Positions 16,907 through 27,193 of a stretch of DNA of 64,000 nt are shown one piece after another. Numbering within the stretch: position 1 is the stretch's first letter; each line of letters starts with the position of its first letter. The position numbers and the translations under genes are program-made. The notes below the pieces were generated by a model. The model did not search any database, was not told the origin of the DNA, and worked only from the letters and a program-made list of their open reading frames with translations. The stretch comes from an uncultured Gammaproteobacteria bacterium (lineage in GTDB: Bacteria; Pseudomonadota; Gammaproteobacteria; Steroidobacterales; Steroidobacteraceae): assembly GCA_963793895.1 (NCBI GenBank), contig CAWCBV010000004.1, positions 304,704 to 368,703 of the forward strand, in the 5' to 3' direction.

Positions 16907-17641
16907 TCAGTGCGAAGAGCGCCGCTCGTGCTCGAGAGCGCGCAGGTACTGCGCACCGCCCAGCTCGCGCATCTGCCCGAGAATCCACTCGCGTCGCGCG
17001 ATGACGTAGCGCGACGGGCGGTCGACGCGCAACAGATGCGGGTTCGGCAGCACCGCGGCGAGCAGCGCCGCGTCGCGCGAGTCCAGGCTGCGCGCGGACT
17101 TGTGCCAGAAGTGCTGGGCCGCCGCTTGTACGCCGTAGATACGATCGCCGAACTGCGCGATGTTCAGGTACATCTCGAGGATGCGTTCCTTCGGCCACAA
17201 GGTCTCGATCAGCACGGTGAACCAGGCCTCGAGGCCCTTGCGCACGAAGCTGTGGCCGCTCCACAGGAACAGGTTCTTCGCCACCTGCTGGGAAATAGTG
17301 CTCGCGCCGCGCAGCCGTTTGCCGCGCTCGCTCGCGCGCACCGCGTCGCGGATAGAGTCGAAATCGAAACCGGCATGAAACGGAAACTGCTGATCCTCCG
17401 AGGCGATCACCGCGATGGCCGCTTGCGGGGAGATCTCCTCGAGGCTCGCCCAGCGGAATTCGGTGTGATAGCCGCGCACGCCGGCACGCCAGGCCGCGAC
17501 CCGCGCTTCCAGCATGACGGCACTGGTCGTGGGATGGAACCAGCGCAACATTAGCACCGGCAGCGCCGTGACCACGAGGCCTGCCAGCAGCAGCACGGCG
17601 AAGCCCTTGAGGAGCGCCCCCAGCACCCCGGCGCGCGCCAC
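16907..17641 (-). CDS. mtgA: Monofunctional biosynthetic peptidoglycan transglycosylase
   Basis: 244 aa with an N-terminal TM. GT51 motifs are present: IASEDQQFPFHAGFD and RGASTISQQVAKNLFL. Confidence 0.92.
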   Translation of the reverse strand: MARAGVLGALLKGFAVLLLAGLVVTALPVLMLRWFHPTTSAVMLEARVAAWRAGVRGYHTEFRWASLEEISPQAAIAVIASEDQQFPFHAGFDFDSIRDAVRASERGKRLRGASTISQQVAKNLFLWSGHSFVRKGLEAWFTVLIETLWPKERILEMYLNIAQFGDRIYGVQAAAQHFWHKSARSLDSRDAALLAAVLPNPHLLRVDRPSRYVIARREWILGQMRELGGAQYLRALEHERRSSH

Positions 17642-17652
17642 GCGGACGTCCG

Positions 17653-18141
17653 CTAGGGGCTCAGGCGGCGCGCCGACACGATCACCACATCTTCCAGCGG
17701 CGCGTCGGTGTAGCCCTGGCGGCGGCCGGTGCCGACGCGGGCGATTTTGTCGATAACGTCCATGCCTTCAGTGACGCGCCCGAACACGGCATAGCCGAAG
17801 TCGCGCGGACCGTGGTCGAGGAACGCGTTGTCGGCGAGATTCACGAAGAACTGCGAGGTGGCGCTGTTGATGTCACTGGTGCGGGCCATCGACAGGAAGC
17901 CGCGGCCGTTCTTCAGGCCGTTCTTGGCCTCGTTCGCGATTGCCGCACGGGTTTTCTTGTTGGCAAAGTCGGCGGAAAGACCACCGCCCTGGATCACGAA
18001 CCCGGGAACGATGCGATGAAAGATAGTGCCGTCGAAGAACCCGTCATCGACGTAGCGCAGGAAGTTCTCCACGGTGACCGGTGCCTCCTTGGCAAACAGT
18101 TCCACCGTGAAGGGACCGTGTGAGGTTTCGAAGCGGATCAT
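17653..18141 (-). CDS. Cyclophilin-type peptidyl-prolyl cis-trans isomerase (cytoplasmic, PpiB-like)
   Basis: 162 aa. Contains [14 protein letters not shown] and [19 protein letters not shown]. No signal peptide. Confidence 0.9.
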   Translation of the reverse strand: MIRFETSHGPFTVELFAKEAPVTVENFLRYVDDGFFDGTIFHRIVPGFVIQGGGLSADFANKKTRAAIANEAKNGLKNGRGFLSMARTSDINSATSQFFVNLADNAFLDHGPRDFGYAVFGRVTEGMDVIDKIARVGTGRRQGYTDAPLEDVVIVSARRLSP

Positions 18142-18992
18142 TGTTGTCCTTCCGTCATGCGCTCAAGTCCGGCGAGATCGCGGTGCGAGCGTACGTGACG
18201 CATGCCGGCGAGGACAAGCTCGTGACGCACCGCTTGCGCCTGGGCGGCGCCGTGCTCGAGCAGGAGCCAGCCGCCGGGCTCAAGATGCGCACCCGCCGCG
18301 CGGATGATGGTCCTGAGGCAGGCGAGCCCATCGTTGCCCGGGGTAAGCGCCAGCCGCGGCTCGTGCGCCAGCCCCGCCAGGTGCGGATCATCGGCCGCGA
18401 CGTAGGGCGGATTGCTCACGAGCAGATCGAAGCGCTCGCCCGCCAACGGCTCGAACCAGCTGCCGAGGCGGAATTCAACCTGGGTGATGTGCATTGCTGC
18501 GGCGTTGTCCCGCGCCACGGCCAGTGCGTCCGGGGACACATCGCTCGCCACCAGGCGCCACGCGGGGCGCGCGCTCGCCAGGGCCAGCGCGATGGCGCCG
18601 GAGCCGGTGCCCAGGTCCGCCACACGCGCACGCTCCGCCGGCCACAACGCCAGGGCGCGCTCCACCAACAGCTCCGTCTCCGGCCGCGGGATCAGCACCG
18701 CGGGCGTGACTTGCAGGCGCAGGCTCCAGAAATCCTTTTCGCCGGTCAGGTACGCCACCGGCTCCCCGGCGGCGCGGCGCTCGAGCAGGGCGCGGTAGCG
18801 CCGGGCCGCCGCCGCCGCCGGGCTCTCCTCCGGGTGTGAGCGCAGCCGCGTCCGCGGGACACCCAGGACGTGCGCGAGCAACACCTGCGCATCCAGATCC
18901 GGGGTCGCCTCGGGCGCCGCTCCGGGCGTGGATGCGCACAGCCGTCGTACCCCCTCCTCGAGGAGGGTTGCCACCGTTAAGTTCACCGTCAT
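18138..18992 (-). CDS. prmC: Release-factor glutamine N5-methyltransferase
   Basis: The NPPY motif (VSNPPYV) and the SAM-binding [10 protein letters not shown] motif are present. The internal ATG at 18992 ([14 protein letters not shown]) fits family length better than the ORF-track start at 19145, which would overlap the divergent gene. Confidence 0.85.
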   Translation of the reverse strand: MTVNLTVATLLEEGVRRLCASTPGAAPEATPDLDAQVLLAHVLGVPRTRLRSHPEESPAAAAARRYRALLERRAAGEPVAYLTGEKDFWSLRLQVTPAVLIPRPETELLVERALALWPAERARVADLGTGSGAIALALASARPAWRLVASDVSPDALAVARDNAAAMHITQVEFRLGSWFEPLAGERFDLLVSNPPYVAADDPHLAGLAHEPRLALTPGNDGLACLRTIIRAAGAHLEPGGWLLLEHGAAQAQAVRHELVLAGMRHVRSHRDLAGLERMTEGQQ

Positions 18993-19026
18993 GCGCACTT
19001 TCGCTTCGGACCGGTAATATGCACGA

Positions 19027-19815
19027 ATGACAAACAACCTGTACCCGCCGCCGCGCCCGCAGACCGTGGGCGAAGTTCTCGATACGGCATTCCGTATTTT
19101 TCGTGCCACGCTGCCGAAGTGCCTGCCGTACGCCACACTGTCCATGCTCGCCGCGCAGCTGCCAAATATCTATGAGCTGCTGCAAGGTCACCCGTTGCAG
19201 CGCTCGCTGCTCGAGCGGCACGATGGGATGTTTTGGCTGCTGGAAATCATCGGCACCATCGCCTCCCTTACGCTGTGGGGCGCCATCGTGCGGCGACAGT
19301 ACGCCCTGGCCAGCGGCCAGCCAGCGGCCCCGGAAGGCGGGGAGCTGAGCGCCGCGCTGCGGCGCGTGCCGGGGCTCTTCGCGGTCTCGCTCCTGCTGGG
19401 ACTCGCGGTCGCGGCAGGGCTGTTGCTCCTCGTCATACCGGGCCTGATTGTCGCGACCAGGCTTTCGTCTGCAGTCACGGCGTACCTTCTGACCAGCCGC
19501 GGCGTGTTCGGAAGTCTCGGCCACAGCTGGCGGCTGACGGCCGGAAACTTCTGGCGCCTGACGCTGATTTTCAGCGTCGGCCTGGTGCTGATGCTGGTGT
19601 TCTACGTGCTGGCGGGCGTCATCGCGGCCGCGGTCGCGGCGCCCTTCGCGCTTGGCGATATCGCTCTGGTCACCGCGTTAATGGCGGCAGTGGCGGTGAT
19701 TCTGGGTTCGGTCGGCACGCCGTTCTACGCGGCGCTGGCGCTTGCCGTGTTCGGGGATCTGTCCGTGCGCGCGGAGGGTACCGATCTCGCCGCCCGCATC
19801 GCTGCCCCCACGTAG
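19027..19815 (+). CDS. Polytopic membrane protein of unknown function, first gene of the MoxR module
   Basis: 262 aa with several long hydrophobic segments. It sits 3 nt upstream of the DUF4129-like gene. No family is confidently recognised. Confidence 0.6.
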   Translation: MTNNLYPPPRPQTVGEVLDTAFRIFRATLPKCLPYATLSMLAAQLPNIYELLQGHPLQRSLLERHDGMFWLLEIIGTIASLTLWGAIVRRQYALASGQPAAPEGGELSAALRRVPGLFAVSLLLGLAVAAGLLLLVIPGLIVATRLSSAVTAYLLTSRGVFGSLGHSWRLTAGNFWRLTLIFSVGLVLMLVFYVLAGVIAAAVAAPFALGDIALVTALMAAVAVILGSVGTPFYAALALAVFGDLSVRAEGTDLAARIAAPT

Positions 19816-19818
19816 CCC

Positions 19819-20757
19819 ATGCGCCGCGCTCTCCTGGCGCTGCTCATAGGGGTATCCGCAGCGCCGCTCGCGCAGGCACACGACGCCCTGGCGGCGATTG
19901 ATGCATGCCTGGTGCAGCTCGATACCCTGGACTTCGGTTACGAGCGGATTGCAGCACGTTGCCCCGATCTGACACCGAGTCTCGTGGCGAGTCCGTGGGA
20001 GCCGTGGCTGCCACGCGACTGGTATCGGCCTCACAACCAGCTATCCGCCAACTCGCTGGTGGAGTTACGCGGGCTGCTGCAGCGCGAAGCGGCGCGCACG
20101 CCGTCTGGCCACGAACCGGGCACGGCCACGGTGAACGGCGTGCTGGCGGCGCTGAGTCAGGCGGAACATCCCTACAGCTGGTGGCAGCGCCTGAAGAGTT
20201 GGTTGCGCGGGCTGCTTACGCGATCCACGCAGCCCGAGCAGGACAGTTGGCTGCAGCGCCTGCTCATGCGTATGCACCTGCCAGCGGCGCTGACGCGCTG
20301 GATCGAGTGGCTGGCGCTGGCGCTGACGGTCCTGGTGGGCGCCGGGATTGTGCTGAATGAGCTGCGGCTTGCGGGCTGGATCGCTTTCAGACGCCGCCGC
20401 GGGGTGTCGGCACCTGCCGCCGCCGGCGACGCCGGCACGAGCGTGAGGCTCGAGGACCTGGAGAGCGCGAGCCCGTCCCAACAGCCGCGGCTGCTGCTTG
20501 AGCTGGTTGCCGCGCGTCTCGTGCAACAGTCGCGCCTGCCTCCCGCACGCGCACTCACGGTGCGCGAGTTGAGCGGTGCCGCGCGCCTGGAGGAGCCGGC
20601 CGATCGTCGCCGCCTGAATGAACTGGCTGCGGCCTGTGAGCGCGTGCGTTTCTCGGACCAGGAGGTTGCCCCGGCGATACTCGCGCTCGCGCTTGCGCAG
20701 GGACGTGAGCTGCTCGCCTCGCTCGAGGCGCCGCTCACACGGGCACAGGGCGCCTGA
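19819..20757 (+). CDS. DUF4129-like membrane-anchored protein
   Basis: 312 aa with a signal/TM segment, a mid TM and a C-terminal Arg-rich helical domain (LTVRELSGAAR...CERVRFSDQEV) like DUF4129. The gene context (DUF4350-MoxR-DUF58) supports the call. Confidence 0.6.
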   Translation: MRRALLALLIGVSAAPLAQAHDALAAIDACLVQLDTLDFGYERIAARCPDLTPSLVASPWEPWLPRDWYRPHNQLSANSLVELRGLLQREAARTPSGHEPGTATVNGVLAALSQAEHPYSWWQRLKSWLRGLLTRSTQPEQDSWLQRLLMRMHLPAALTRWIEWLALALTVLVGAGIVLNELRLAGWIAFRRRRGVSAPAAAGDAGTSVRLEDLESASPSQQPRLLLELVAARLVQQSRLPPARALTVRELSGAARLEEPADRRRLNELAAACERVRFSDQEVAPAILALALAQGRELLASLEAPLTRAQGA

Positions 20758-20767
20758 AGGCGGGCGC

Positions 20768-22039
20768 GTGCGCGAACGCCTGATCACGCTCGCTTGTGCG
20801 CTCGGCGCGCTGGTTTTGTTCGCGACCCTGCTCGTGCGCGGTGACGCACCCGACAGTCACAGCGCCGGGCGCCCGACAACGGCTGAGCAGCGCGGCAACG
20901 GGCTCATGGCCGCCATGACCTGGCTGCACGGGGAAGGTATTCGCACGCTGTCGGTGCGTGAGCGTTTCGATAAGCTCGCGACCCGCCGCGACTTGCCCGC
21001 GACCGGCAATCTCATGATCGTGACGCTGCCAGTCGCTATACCCTTCAGCCTCACCGAACTCGGCGCGCTCAATAACTGGGTACACGCCGGCAACACACTA
21101 CTGATACTCGCGACACTTTCCGACCGGCCCGAGTGGGGCCGTTCCGGCCTCATGCTCCTCAGCGACCTGCAGGCGCTCGCGGGGCTCGACGTGCGCGCAG
21201 CGCGCGGCGGCGATCACCCGCAGGCGAGTGACCCCGGTACTGTGTTCGGGCCGGTGAGCGCTCTGCCAAAGCCGCAGCGCGGGACCCTGGTGGCCAACAG
21301 GCCGCACCCTTACCTGCGCGGGGTCAGCACCGCGACTGCGTGGTCCGACTATGTGCCGCAGAGCTGGACCGTGACCATCCCGCGCGACGGTTTCGTACTG
21401 TCGCTCGCACACCAGCGCGAGAACGGTGCTGATGTGCTGTGGCTGCGCGCCGTATCCGCCGGAACCATAATCGTGAGCGGCTTCGGTTCGCTGTTCAGCA
21501 ATCGCGCTCTGGGAGTTGAGGACAATGCACGCCTGCTCGCCAACATCGTCGGCAGCGCGGTGAGTCCTGCGGGCGCGGTGTTGTTCGACGACGAGCACCA
21601 GGGGCTGACCGCCGCTTATGATCCGGCGAAATTCTACCGCGACCCGCGCCTGTACCAGACGCTCGGGGTGCTGGCGGCATTGTGGGTTATGTGGGTGCTG
21701 GGGGGCACGCGGCTGCGCCTGCAGCGAGTGCGCAAACGCGCGCCGCGCGAGACGGAACTGGTGCGCGCCACCGGGCCGTTTCTCGCCCGGGTGCTGCGGC
21801 CGGCGGCCGCCGCGCGGCGCATGTACGAGCATTTTTTTGCACGTCTGCGCGCCCGCACGCGCCGCAGCAGTCAGGACGGGGACGCGCCCTGGGAGTGGCT
21901 CAAACAGCAGCCCCGGCTGTCGCGTACCGATGTGCTACAGCTCAGGGAATGGTATGCCGAGGCATACTCGGACCGACGCGTACCGCTCTCGCAATTGCAC
22001 AATCTCATCGTTCGCATTGAAAGGCAGCTCACCGCATGA
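20768..22039 (+). CDS. DUF4350-like membrane protein
   Basis: An in-frame GTG at 20768 (VRERLITLACALGALVLFATLL...) avoids a 140-nt overlap with the upstream gene. It has an N-terminal TM, a periplasmic domain and a second TM. The stop overlaps the moxR start. Confidence 0.6.
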   Translation: MRERLITLACALGALVLFATLLVRGDAPDSHSAGRPTTAEQRGNGLMAAMTWLHGEGIRTLSVRERFDKLATRRDLPATGNLMIVTLPVAIPFSLTELGALNNWVHAGNTLLILATLSDRPEWGRSGLMLLSDLQALAGLDVRAARGGDHPQASDPGTVFGPVSALPKPQRGTLVANRPHPYLRGVSTATAWSDYVPQSWTVTIPRDGFVLSLAHQRENGADVLWLRAVSAGTIIVSGFGSLFSNRALGVEDNARLLANIVGSAVSPAGAVLFDDEHQGLTAAYDPAKFYRDPRLYQTLGVLAALWVMWVLGGTRLRLQRVRKRAPRETELVRATGPFLARVLRPAAAARRMYEHFFARLRARTRRSSQDGDAPWEWLKQQPRLSRTDVLQLREWYAEAYSDRRVPLSQLHNLIVRIERQLTA

Positions 22040-22986
22040 GCGCATCGATCCAACAGCTGGAAGAATCTCTGGCACGGGAACTCGGCCAGGTGGTCATCGG
22101 CGCCAGCGCCGCCGTGCGGCAACTGGTGATCGCGCTCGTCGCCCGAGGTCACGTACTCGTGCAGGGCGTTCCGGGCCTGGGCAAGACGCTCCTGGCCAAG
22201 GCGCTGGCGCGCGCGCTGGGCGGGGAATTCAAGCGCATCCAGGGCACGGCCGATCTGATGCCGAGCGACATCACCGGGGTGCATGTGTTCGATGAGGCGC
22301 AGCGCACCTTCGTGTTCCGTCCGGGACCGCTGTTCGCGGATGTGGTCCTGGTGGATGAGATCAACCGCGCGGGTCCGAAGACCCAGTCGGCGCTGCTGGA
22401 AGCGATGGAAGAGCGGCAGGTGAGCGTGGAGCGTGCCGCCTGGCAGCTGCCCGAGGACTTCCTGGTGATCGCGACCCAGAACCCGCGCGAGTTCGAAGGC
22501 ACCTATCCCTTGCCCGAATCGCAGCTCGATCGCTTCATGCTGCGCATCGATATGGACTACCCGGCGCGCGAAAGCGAGGCCGATATTCTCAACCGCTACG
22601 GCGGCGTCACGTCCGCGGCGCAGGCGGCGTTGGGGGCGGTTAAGGTGCTGGAGCGTAATCTGCTGGTGGAGGCTCGCGCCGAGGTCGATCGGATTCGGGT
22701 CGCCGAGGGGCTGGTGGCGTACGTACTGGATCTCGCGCACGCCTCGCGTGAACACCCGCGGCTGACGCTGGGCGTGTCGACGCGCGGGGCGCTGGCGCTG
22801 GTAAAGGCGGCGCGCATCACCGCGGGATTGCGCGGCGGGGAGTTCGTTACACCGGACGATGTCAAGGAGGCCGCGGTGAGCGTGCTGGCCCACCGCCTGG
22901 TGTTGACGCCGGAAGCGGCGCTCGAGGGCGCGAGCGACTCTGACGTCGTGCGGGCGCTCCTGGCCGAGACGCCCGTGCCACGCTGA
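22036..22986 (+). CDS. MoxR-family AAA+ ATPase
   Basis: 316 aa with Walker A GVPGLGKT, Walker B VLVDEINRA and sensor regions. The size is typical of MoxR. Confidence 0.92.
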   Translation: MSASIQQLEESLARELGQVVIGASAAVRQLVIALVARGHVLVQGVPGLGKTLLAKALARALGGEFKRIQGTADLMPSDITGVHVFDEAQRTFVFRPGPLFADVVLVDEINRAGPKTQSALLEAMEERQVSVERAAWQLPEDFLVIATQNPREFEGTYPLPESQLDRFMLRIDMDYPARESEADILNRYGGVTSAAQAALGAVKVLERNLLVEARAEVDRIRVAEGLVAYVLDLAHASREHPRLTLGVSTRGALALVKAARITAGLRGGEFVTPDDVKEAAVSVLAHRLVLTPEAALEGASDSDVVRALLAETPVPR

Positions 22987-22993
22987 CGCACGC

Positions 22994-24289
22994 ATGCATC
23001 TCGCACGCCGTGCCTACTTCCTTGCGCTGCTGACAGCGCTGCTGGCGATCGTCGCCATCTGGTCGGACGAGCGTGACGTGGGGTTGCTGTGGCGCATCGT
23101 GGCGCTGTTGTTGCTCACGGGGCTCGCGTGCGAAGGACTCCTGATGCGCCGCGCCCGTTTAAGGGTGCGGCTCGCCGCGGCGCCGCGTGCTTATCTCGGC
23201 AGGGCCGAGTCCGCGGCCTTCGTATTCGAAAACGGTGCCGCCCGAGCGTGCACGCTCGAATACGCTGCCGCAGTCCCGGCGGGCCTGGAAACCTCCGCGC
23301 TGGTGCGTCGCGTGACGGCGCCGGCGCGCGGCTCGGTGCGCGATGCACTGACGCTGCTGCCGGTGCGGCTTGGGCGAGCGCAGTGGCCGGGACTGCCGGC
23401 GCGTCTTCTGGGCGCGCTCCAGCTCGCCTGGTGGAACGCGGTGCTACAGCCGGCGCAGGGCATCGTCGTGGCTCCCGACACGCTGCGTACTGCGCTACGG
23501 CCGCGTGGCATGGCCGGCGGCGCGCGCCCGCGACGGGTAGCGGGCGCGGGCGCAGAGCTGCATCAGTTGCGGGCCTATGTGCGCGGCGATCCCCTGGCGC
23601 GCATCGACTGGAAGGCCACCGCACGGGCCGGCTCCCTGGTGACGCGCGAATTCAGTGAAGACCAGCATCTGGACATCATGGTCGCTATCGACGCGGGACG
23701 CTTCAGCAGCGTCCATGCCGGCAAGCTCGACCGCTTCGGCCTGTATGCAAATCTGGCGGCGCGTTTTGCGCAGATCGTCACCCATCGCGAGGACCGCATC
23801 GGCCTCGTGGTGTACGCCGACCGCCCGCTCGCAATGCTCGCGCCGGCGCGCGGCCTCGCCGCAGTGACGCGCCTGCGCCGCACGCTCGAGCAGCTGTCGG
23901 TGCAGCCGGCGGAGTCGGATCCGACCGCGGCGGCAGTGTGCATACGCGGCCTCCTCAAGCACCGCGGGCTCATTGTGATGCTCACCGACCTCGATGATGC
24001 CAGTGTCGCCGATCAGCTCGCGCGCGCGGTGCGCCTGCTCGCCCCGCCGCACCTGGTGGTGGTCGCCGGGGTGCACAGCGGCGAGATCGGTGAGCTTGCG
24101 CAGCGCGAGGCGCAGGCGTGGCTGGATCCGTGGATCGCGCTGGCGGCGACCGAGCACGAGATGCGCGCCGCCGCGCAGCGCTCGTTCCTGCGACATCTGG
24201 GTGCGCCCGTGGTCGCAGCACCCGCCGAACGGCTCGAGCAAGCGGTGTTCGCACAGTACGAGGCGCTGCGACGCTCGCGGCGTGTCTAG
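22994..24289 (+). CDS. DUF58 (vWA-like) protein, MoxR partner
   Basis: 431 aa with two N-terminal TMs. It carries the DUF58 hallmark LRAYVRGDPLARIDWKATARAGSLVTREF and lies directly after moxR. Confidence 0.85.
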   Translation: MHLARRAYFLALLTALLAIVAIWSDERDVGLLWRIVALLLLTGLACEGLLMRRARLRVRLAAAPRAYLGRAESAAFVFENGAARACTLEYAAAVPAGLETSALVRRVTAPARGSVRDALTLLPVRLGRAQWPGLPARLLGALQLAWWNAVLQPAQGIVVAPDTLRTALRPRGMAGGARPRRVAGAGAELHQLRAYVRGDPLARIDWKATARAGSLVTREFSEDQHLDIMVAIDAGRFSSVHAGKLDRFGLYANLAARFAQIVTHREDRIGLVVYADRPLAMLAPARGLAAVTRLRRTLEQLSVQPAESDPTAAAVCIRGLLKHRGLIVMLTDLDDASVADQLARAVRLLAPPHLVVVAGVHSGEIGELAQREAQAWLDPWIALAATEHEMRAAAQRSFLRHLGAPVVAAPAERLEQAVFAQYEALRRSRRV

Positions 24290-24295
24290 GACGCG

Positions 24296-25288
24296 TCAGC
24301 GGGCTGCTAACTTGCGGGGCCGGCCGAACAGCCAGCCGCTGAGCATCAGCACCATGAGAAGCCAGTAACTCACGCCAATCACGACGCGCGCCTGCAGCGA
24401 AACATGCGGGTTGGGTGACACGTAGCCCTCGATGAGACCGGCGCCGATGAGTAGCAGCACGCACGCGACGAGGAGCTTGCCGGAGCGCAGCACCGCGACG
24501 CGGAACGATTCGATGCGCCCCGCCTCGCCGGGGCGCGCCAGCGCCTCCCCGACCGCCGCACCCGCGGCTCCCGAGAGGCAGATGACCGACAGTTCCACGC
24601 AGCCGTGCGCCACGATGAACGTCAGCAGCTGATCACGCAGCCCGTGCTGACTCACGAAGGCCAATGCAGCGCCGAGCAGCAGCCCGTTCAGGCCCAGCAC
24701 GTACAAAGTGCCGAGACCGAACAGGAAGCCGGTGCACCAGGCGGTGAGGCTTACCACGATGTTGTTAGCGAACAGCTGCACTGACATCACCGACGGCGGG
24801 ACGATGTTGAGCACACCCTCGGTCCACAGCTGGCCGCGCTCGACCTTGGCGATGGCATCCGGCGAGGCAAACAGCGCAATGAGTTCAGGATACTGATGCA
24901 CGAGCATGTAGCCCGCGCCCAAGGCCAACACGAAGATCAGGCTCGACCATAGGATGTACGGCCGTAGCCAGCGCATCACGGCGGGGATCTCGTCGCGGAA
25001 CAGGGCCAGCAGCGCCGCCCCGAGCCGCCACGCGCCGTGATGCAGGGTGGTGTGCGCGCGGGCGTACGCGGCTTCCAGATATTCACGCGTCCGGGTGTCA
25101 GGCAGAAGCGCGCGGGCGCGCGCGAGGTCGTGCGCCAGCAGCCGATAGTCATCGGCCATGCGCGTTGCGTCCCCGGCATCCTCGGTCGTGCCCCGGGCGA
25201 GACGCCGGGCGCGCGCGAATCCCTCGCGCCACAAGTCCGCACGCTGCAGCAGGTTTGTCGCCAGAGCCTGCTGGCGCCGGTCGCTCAC
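24296..25288 (-). CDS. SpoIIM-like (stage II sporulation protein M family) membrane protein
   Basis: 330 aa. The polytopic core contains LGLNGLLLGA and AHGCVELSVI, typical of the family. The start overlaps the RDD gene stop by 4 nt. Confidence 0.65.
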   Translation of the reverse strand: MSDRRQQALATNLLQRADLWREGFARARRLARGTTEDAGDATRMADDYRLLAHDLARARALLPDTRTREYLEAAYARAHTTLHHGAWRLGAALLALFRDEIPAVMRWLRPYILWSSLIFVLALGAGYMLVHQYPELIALFASPDAIAKVERGQLWTEGVLNIVPPSVMSVQLFANNIVVSLTAWCTGFLFGLGTLYVLGLNGLLLGAALAFVSQHGLRDQLLTFIVAHGCVELSVICLSGAAGAAVGEALARPGEAGRIESFRVAVLRSGKLLVACVLLLIGAGLIEGYVSPNPHVSLQARVVIGVSYWLLMVLMLSGWLFGRPRKLAAR

Positions 25289-26034
25289 GCGCTGCGCGCT
25301 CCGCGCAACAGCGTCTGCAGTTGCGCGCGCAAGCCGGCGTCGTCGCCGGGCGCTGCGCCAGCGGGGGTTGCGGCGGGCGCGGCAAACCGCGCAAGGGCCG
25401 CTCTTGCAAGCTGCGCGCGCGACGCTTCGCTCAACGCCGGCCAGCGCTCGAGCAGTTCGCCGATGATCTCAGCGCCGGCGGCGTCGAGGCGCGGAGCCGC
25501 GGCTTGTTCAGCCAGGGTCGGTGGTGGCCGCGGGTCGGCGCGCTCGTAGACCAGCAGTGTGCCCGCGGCCATGTCGCCGATGCGCAGGTGCTCGCGCGTC
25601 ACGATGGTCGCGGCGAGGCCCACGCCGTAGAACAGCGGCAGGCTGTCAAGCAGGCGGAAGATGTTGCGGGTGAGGAGCGCCCCGATGGAGGGCACACCGC
25701 CGTCGCGCGCCACGATGCGCACACCCGCCATGCGCTTGCCGGGCGTGCGGCCCCACAGTAAGGGTTCGAGTACACAGTGATAGAGGCAGTAAATCGCCAG
25801 CGCCGGCGCTCCCACCAAGCCGAACCAATGTGCGTCGTTGGTGAGCGGCGGCGTGAGCTTGAAGCGGCCGTTGAAGATGAGTGCGGCGACGATGTACCAG
25901 GCGAGCGCCAGGATCACGCGCACGTGCCAGTCGACAAGGAACGCGTAAGCGCGTGCGCCGGGTCCGGCCACGGACAGCGAGACGTCGATGCCGGTGTCGC
26001 TGTCGACGCTCAGGTCCGGGGCGGGAGCGCTCAT
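25285..26034 (-). CDS. RDD-family membrane protein
   Basis: 249 aa with an RDD-type N-terminus ([18 protein letters not shown]) and three TMs. The start overlaps the prfA stop (ATGA). Confidence 0.7.
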   Translation of the reverse strand: MSAPAPDLSVDSDTGIDVSLSVAGPGARAYAFLVDWHVRVILALAWYIVAALIFNGRFKLTPPLTNDAHWFGLVGAPALAIYCLYHCVLEPLLWGRTPGKRMAGVRIVARDGGVPSIGALLTRNIFRLLDSLPLFYGVGLAATIVTREHLRIGDMAAGTLLVYERADPRPPPTLAEQAAAPRLDAAGAEIIGELLERWPALSEASRAQLARAALARFAAPAATPAGAAPGDDAGLRAQLQTLLRGARSA

Positions 26035-27110
26035 GTCTCTTCCGCCAGGAGCTGCGCCTGGTGCTCCTGCTGCAGCGCCCCGATCAGCTCATCGAGCTGC
26101 CCATCCATGATCTGCTGCAGCTTGTAGAGCGTCAGGTTGATGCGGTGGTCGGTGACCCGCCCCTGCGGGAAGTTGTAGGTGCGAATCCGTTCGGAGCGAT
26201 CGCCGCTGCCGACCTGCAGGCGGCGCGATTGCGCCTGCGCGCTATGCTGCTTTTCCTGTTCGGCGGCCAGCAGGCGCGCCTTCAGGAGCGCCATGGCGCG
26301 CGAGCGGTTCTTGTGCTGGGAGCGCTCGTCCTGGCATTCGACGACCAGGCCGCTCGGCAGGTGGGTAATGCGGATCGCCGACTCGGTCTTGTTCACGTGC
26401 TGTCCGCCGGCGCCCGAGGAGCGGTAGGTGTCGATGCGCAGTTCGGCCGGGTTGATCTGGATCTCATCCACTTCATCAAGCTCCGGCAGGATGGCGACGG
26501 TGCAGGCGGAAGTGTGGATGCGGCCCTGTGCCTCGGTGGCCGGCACGCGTTGCACGCGGTGCGTGCCGGACTCGAACTTCAGACGCGAGAACGCGCCCTT
26601 GCCGGCGATACGGCTGATGATTTCCTTGAAGCCGCCGTGCTCGCCGGGACTCTCGCTTAAGACTTCAGTCGCAAGGCCGTGACCCTCGGCGTAGCGGGCG
26701 TACATGCGGTGCAGCTCGCCGGCGAAGAGCGCCGCTTCATCGCCGCCGGTGCCGGCCCGCACTTCCAGAAAGATATTCTTGTCATCGCGCGGGTCCTGCG
26801 GCACGAGCAGCCGCCGCAGCTCTTCTTCCGCGGCCACGATCTGACCCTGCACGCGCGCCACCTCGTCGTTCCCGAGGGCGCGCATCTCGCCATCGCTGTC
26901 GGCCTGCAGGTCGCGCGCCGCCACCAGATCGCCTTCCAGCGCGTGATACTGGCCGAAGCGCTCCGCGAGCGGCTGCAGCCGCGCATACTCCATGGACAGC
27001 TCGCGGAAACGTTGCGACCCGCCGGCAACCTCGCTGCTGGCCAGCAACTGCCCGACCTCTTCAAAACGATCGGCCAGCTTCTGCAACCGTTGGTGGATGG
27101 ATTCCTTCAT
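26031..27110 (-). CDS. prfA: Peptide chain release factor 1
   Basis: The GGQ motif ([14 protein letters not shown]) and the PxT-type decoding region are present. The ATG at 27110 ([12 protein letters not shown]) is preferred over the ORF-track start at 27149. Confidence 0.95.
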   Translation of the reverse strand: MKESIHQRLQKLADRFEEVGQLLASSEVAGGSQRFRELSMEYARLQPLAERFGQYHALEGDLVAARDLQADSDGEMRALGNDEVARVQGQIVAAEEELRRLLVPQDPRDDKNIFLEVRAGTGGDEAALFAGELHRMYARYAEGHGLATEVLSESPGEHGGFKEIISRIAGKGAFSRLKFESGTHRVQRVPATEAQGRIHTSACTVAILPELDEVDEIQINPAELRIDTYRSSGAGGQHVNKTESAIRITHLPSGLVVECQDERSQHKNRSRAMALLKARLLAAEQEKQHSAQAQSRRLQVGSGDRSERIRTYNFPQGRVTDHRINLTLYKLQQIMDGQLDELIGALQQEHQAQLLAEET

Positions 27111-27193
27111 GAGGGTGCATAGTCTCAGGATCTGTGTAGTTTGTGACAAGCTGCGCGGTGCGCGCTCCCTACGGAGGCTCTATAGTGACCGGC

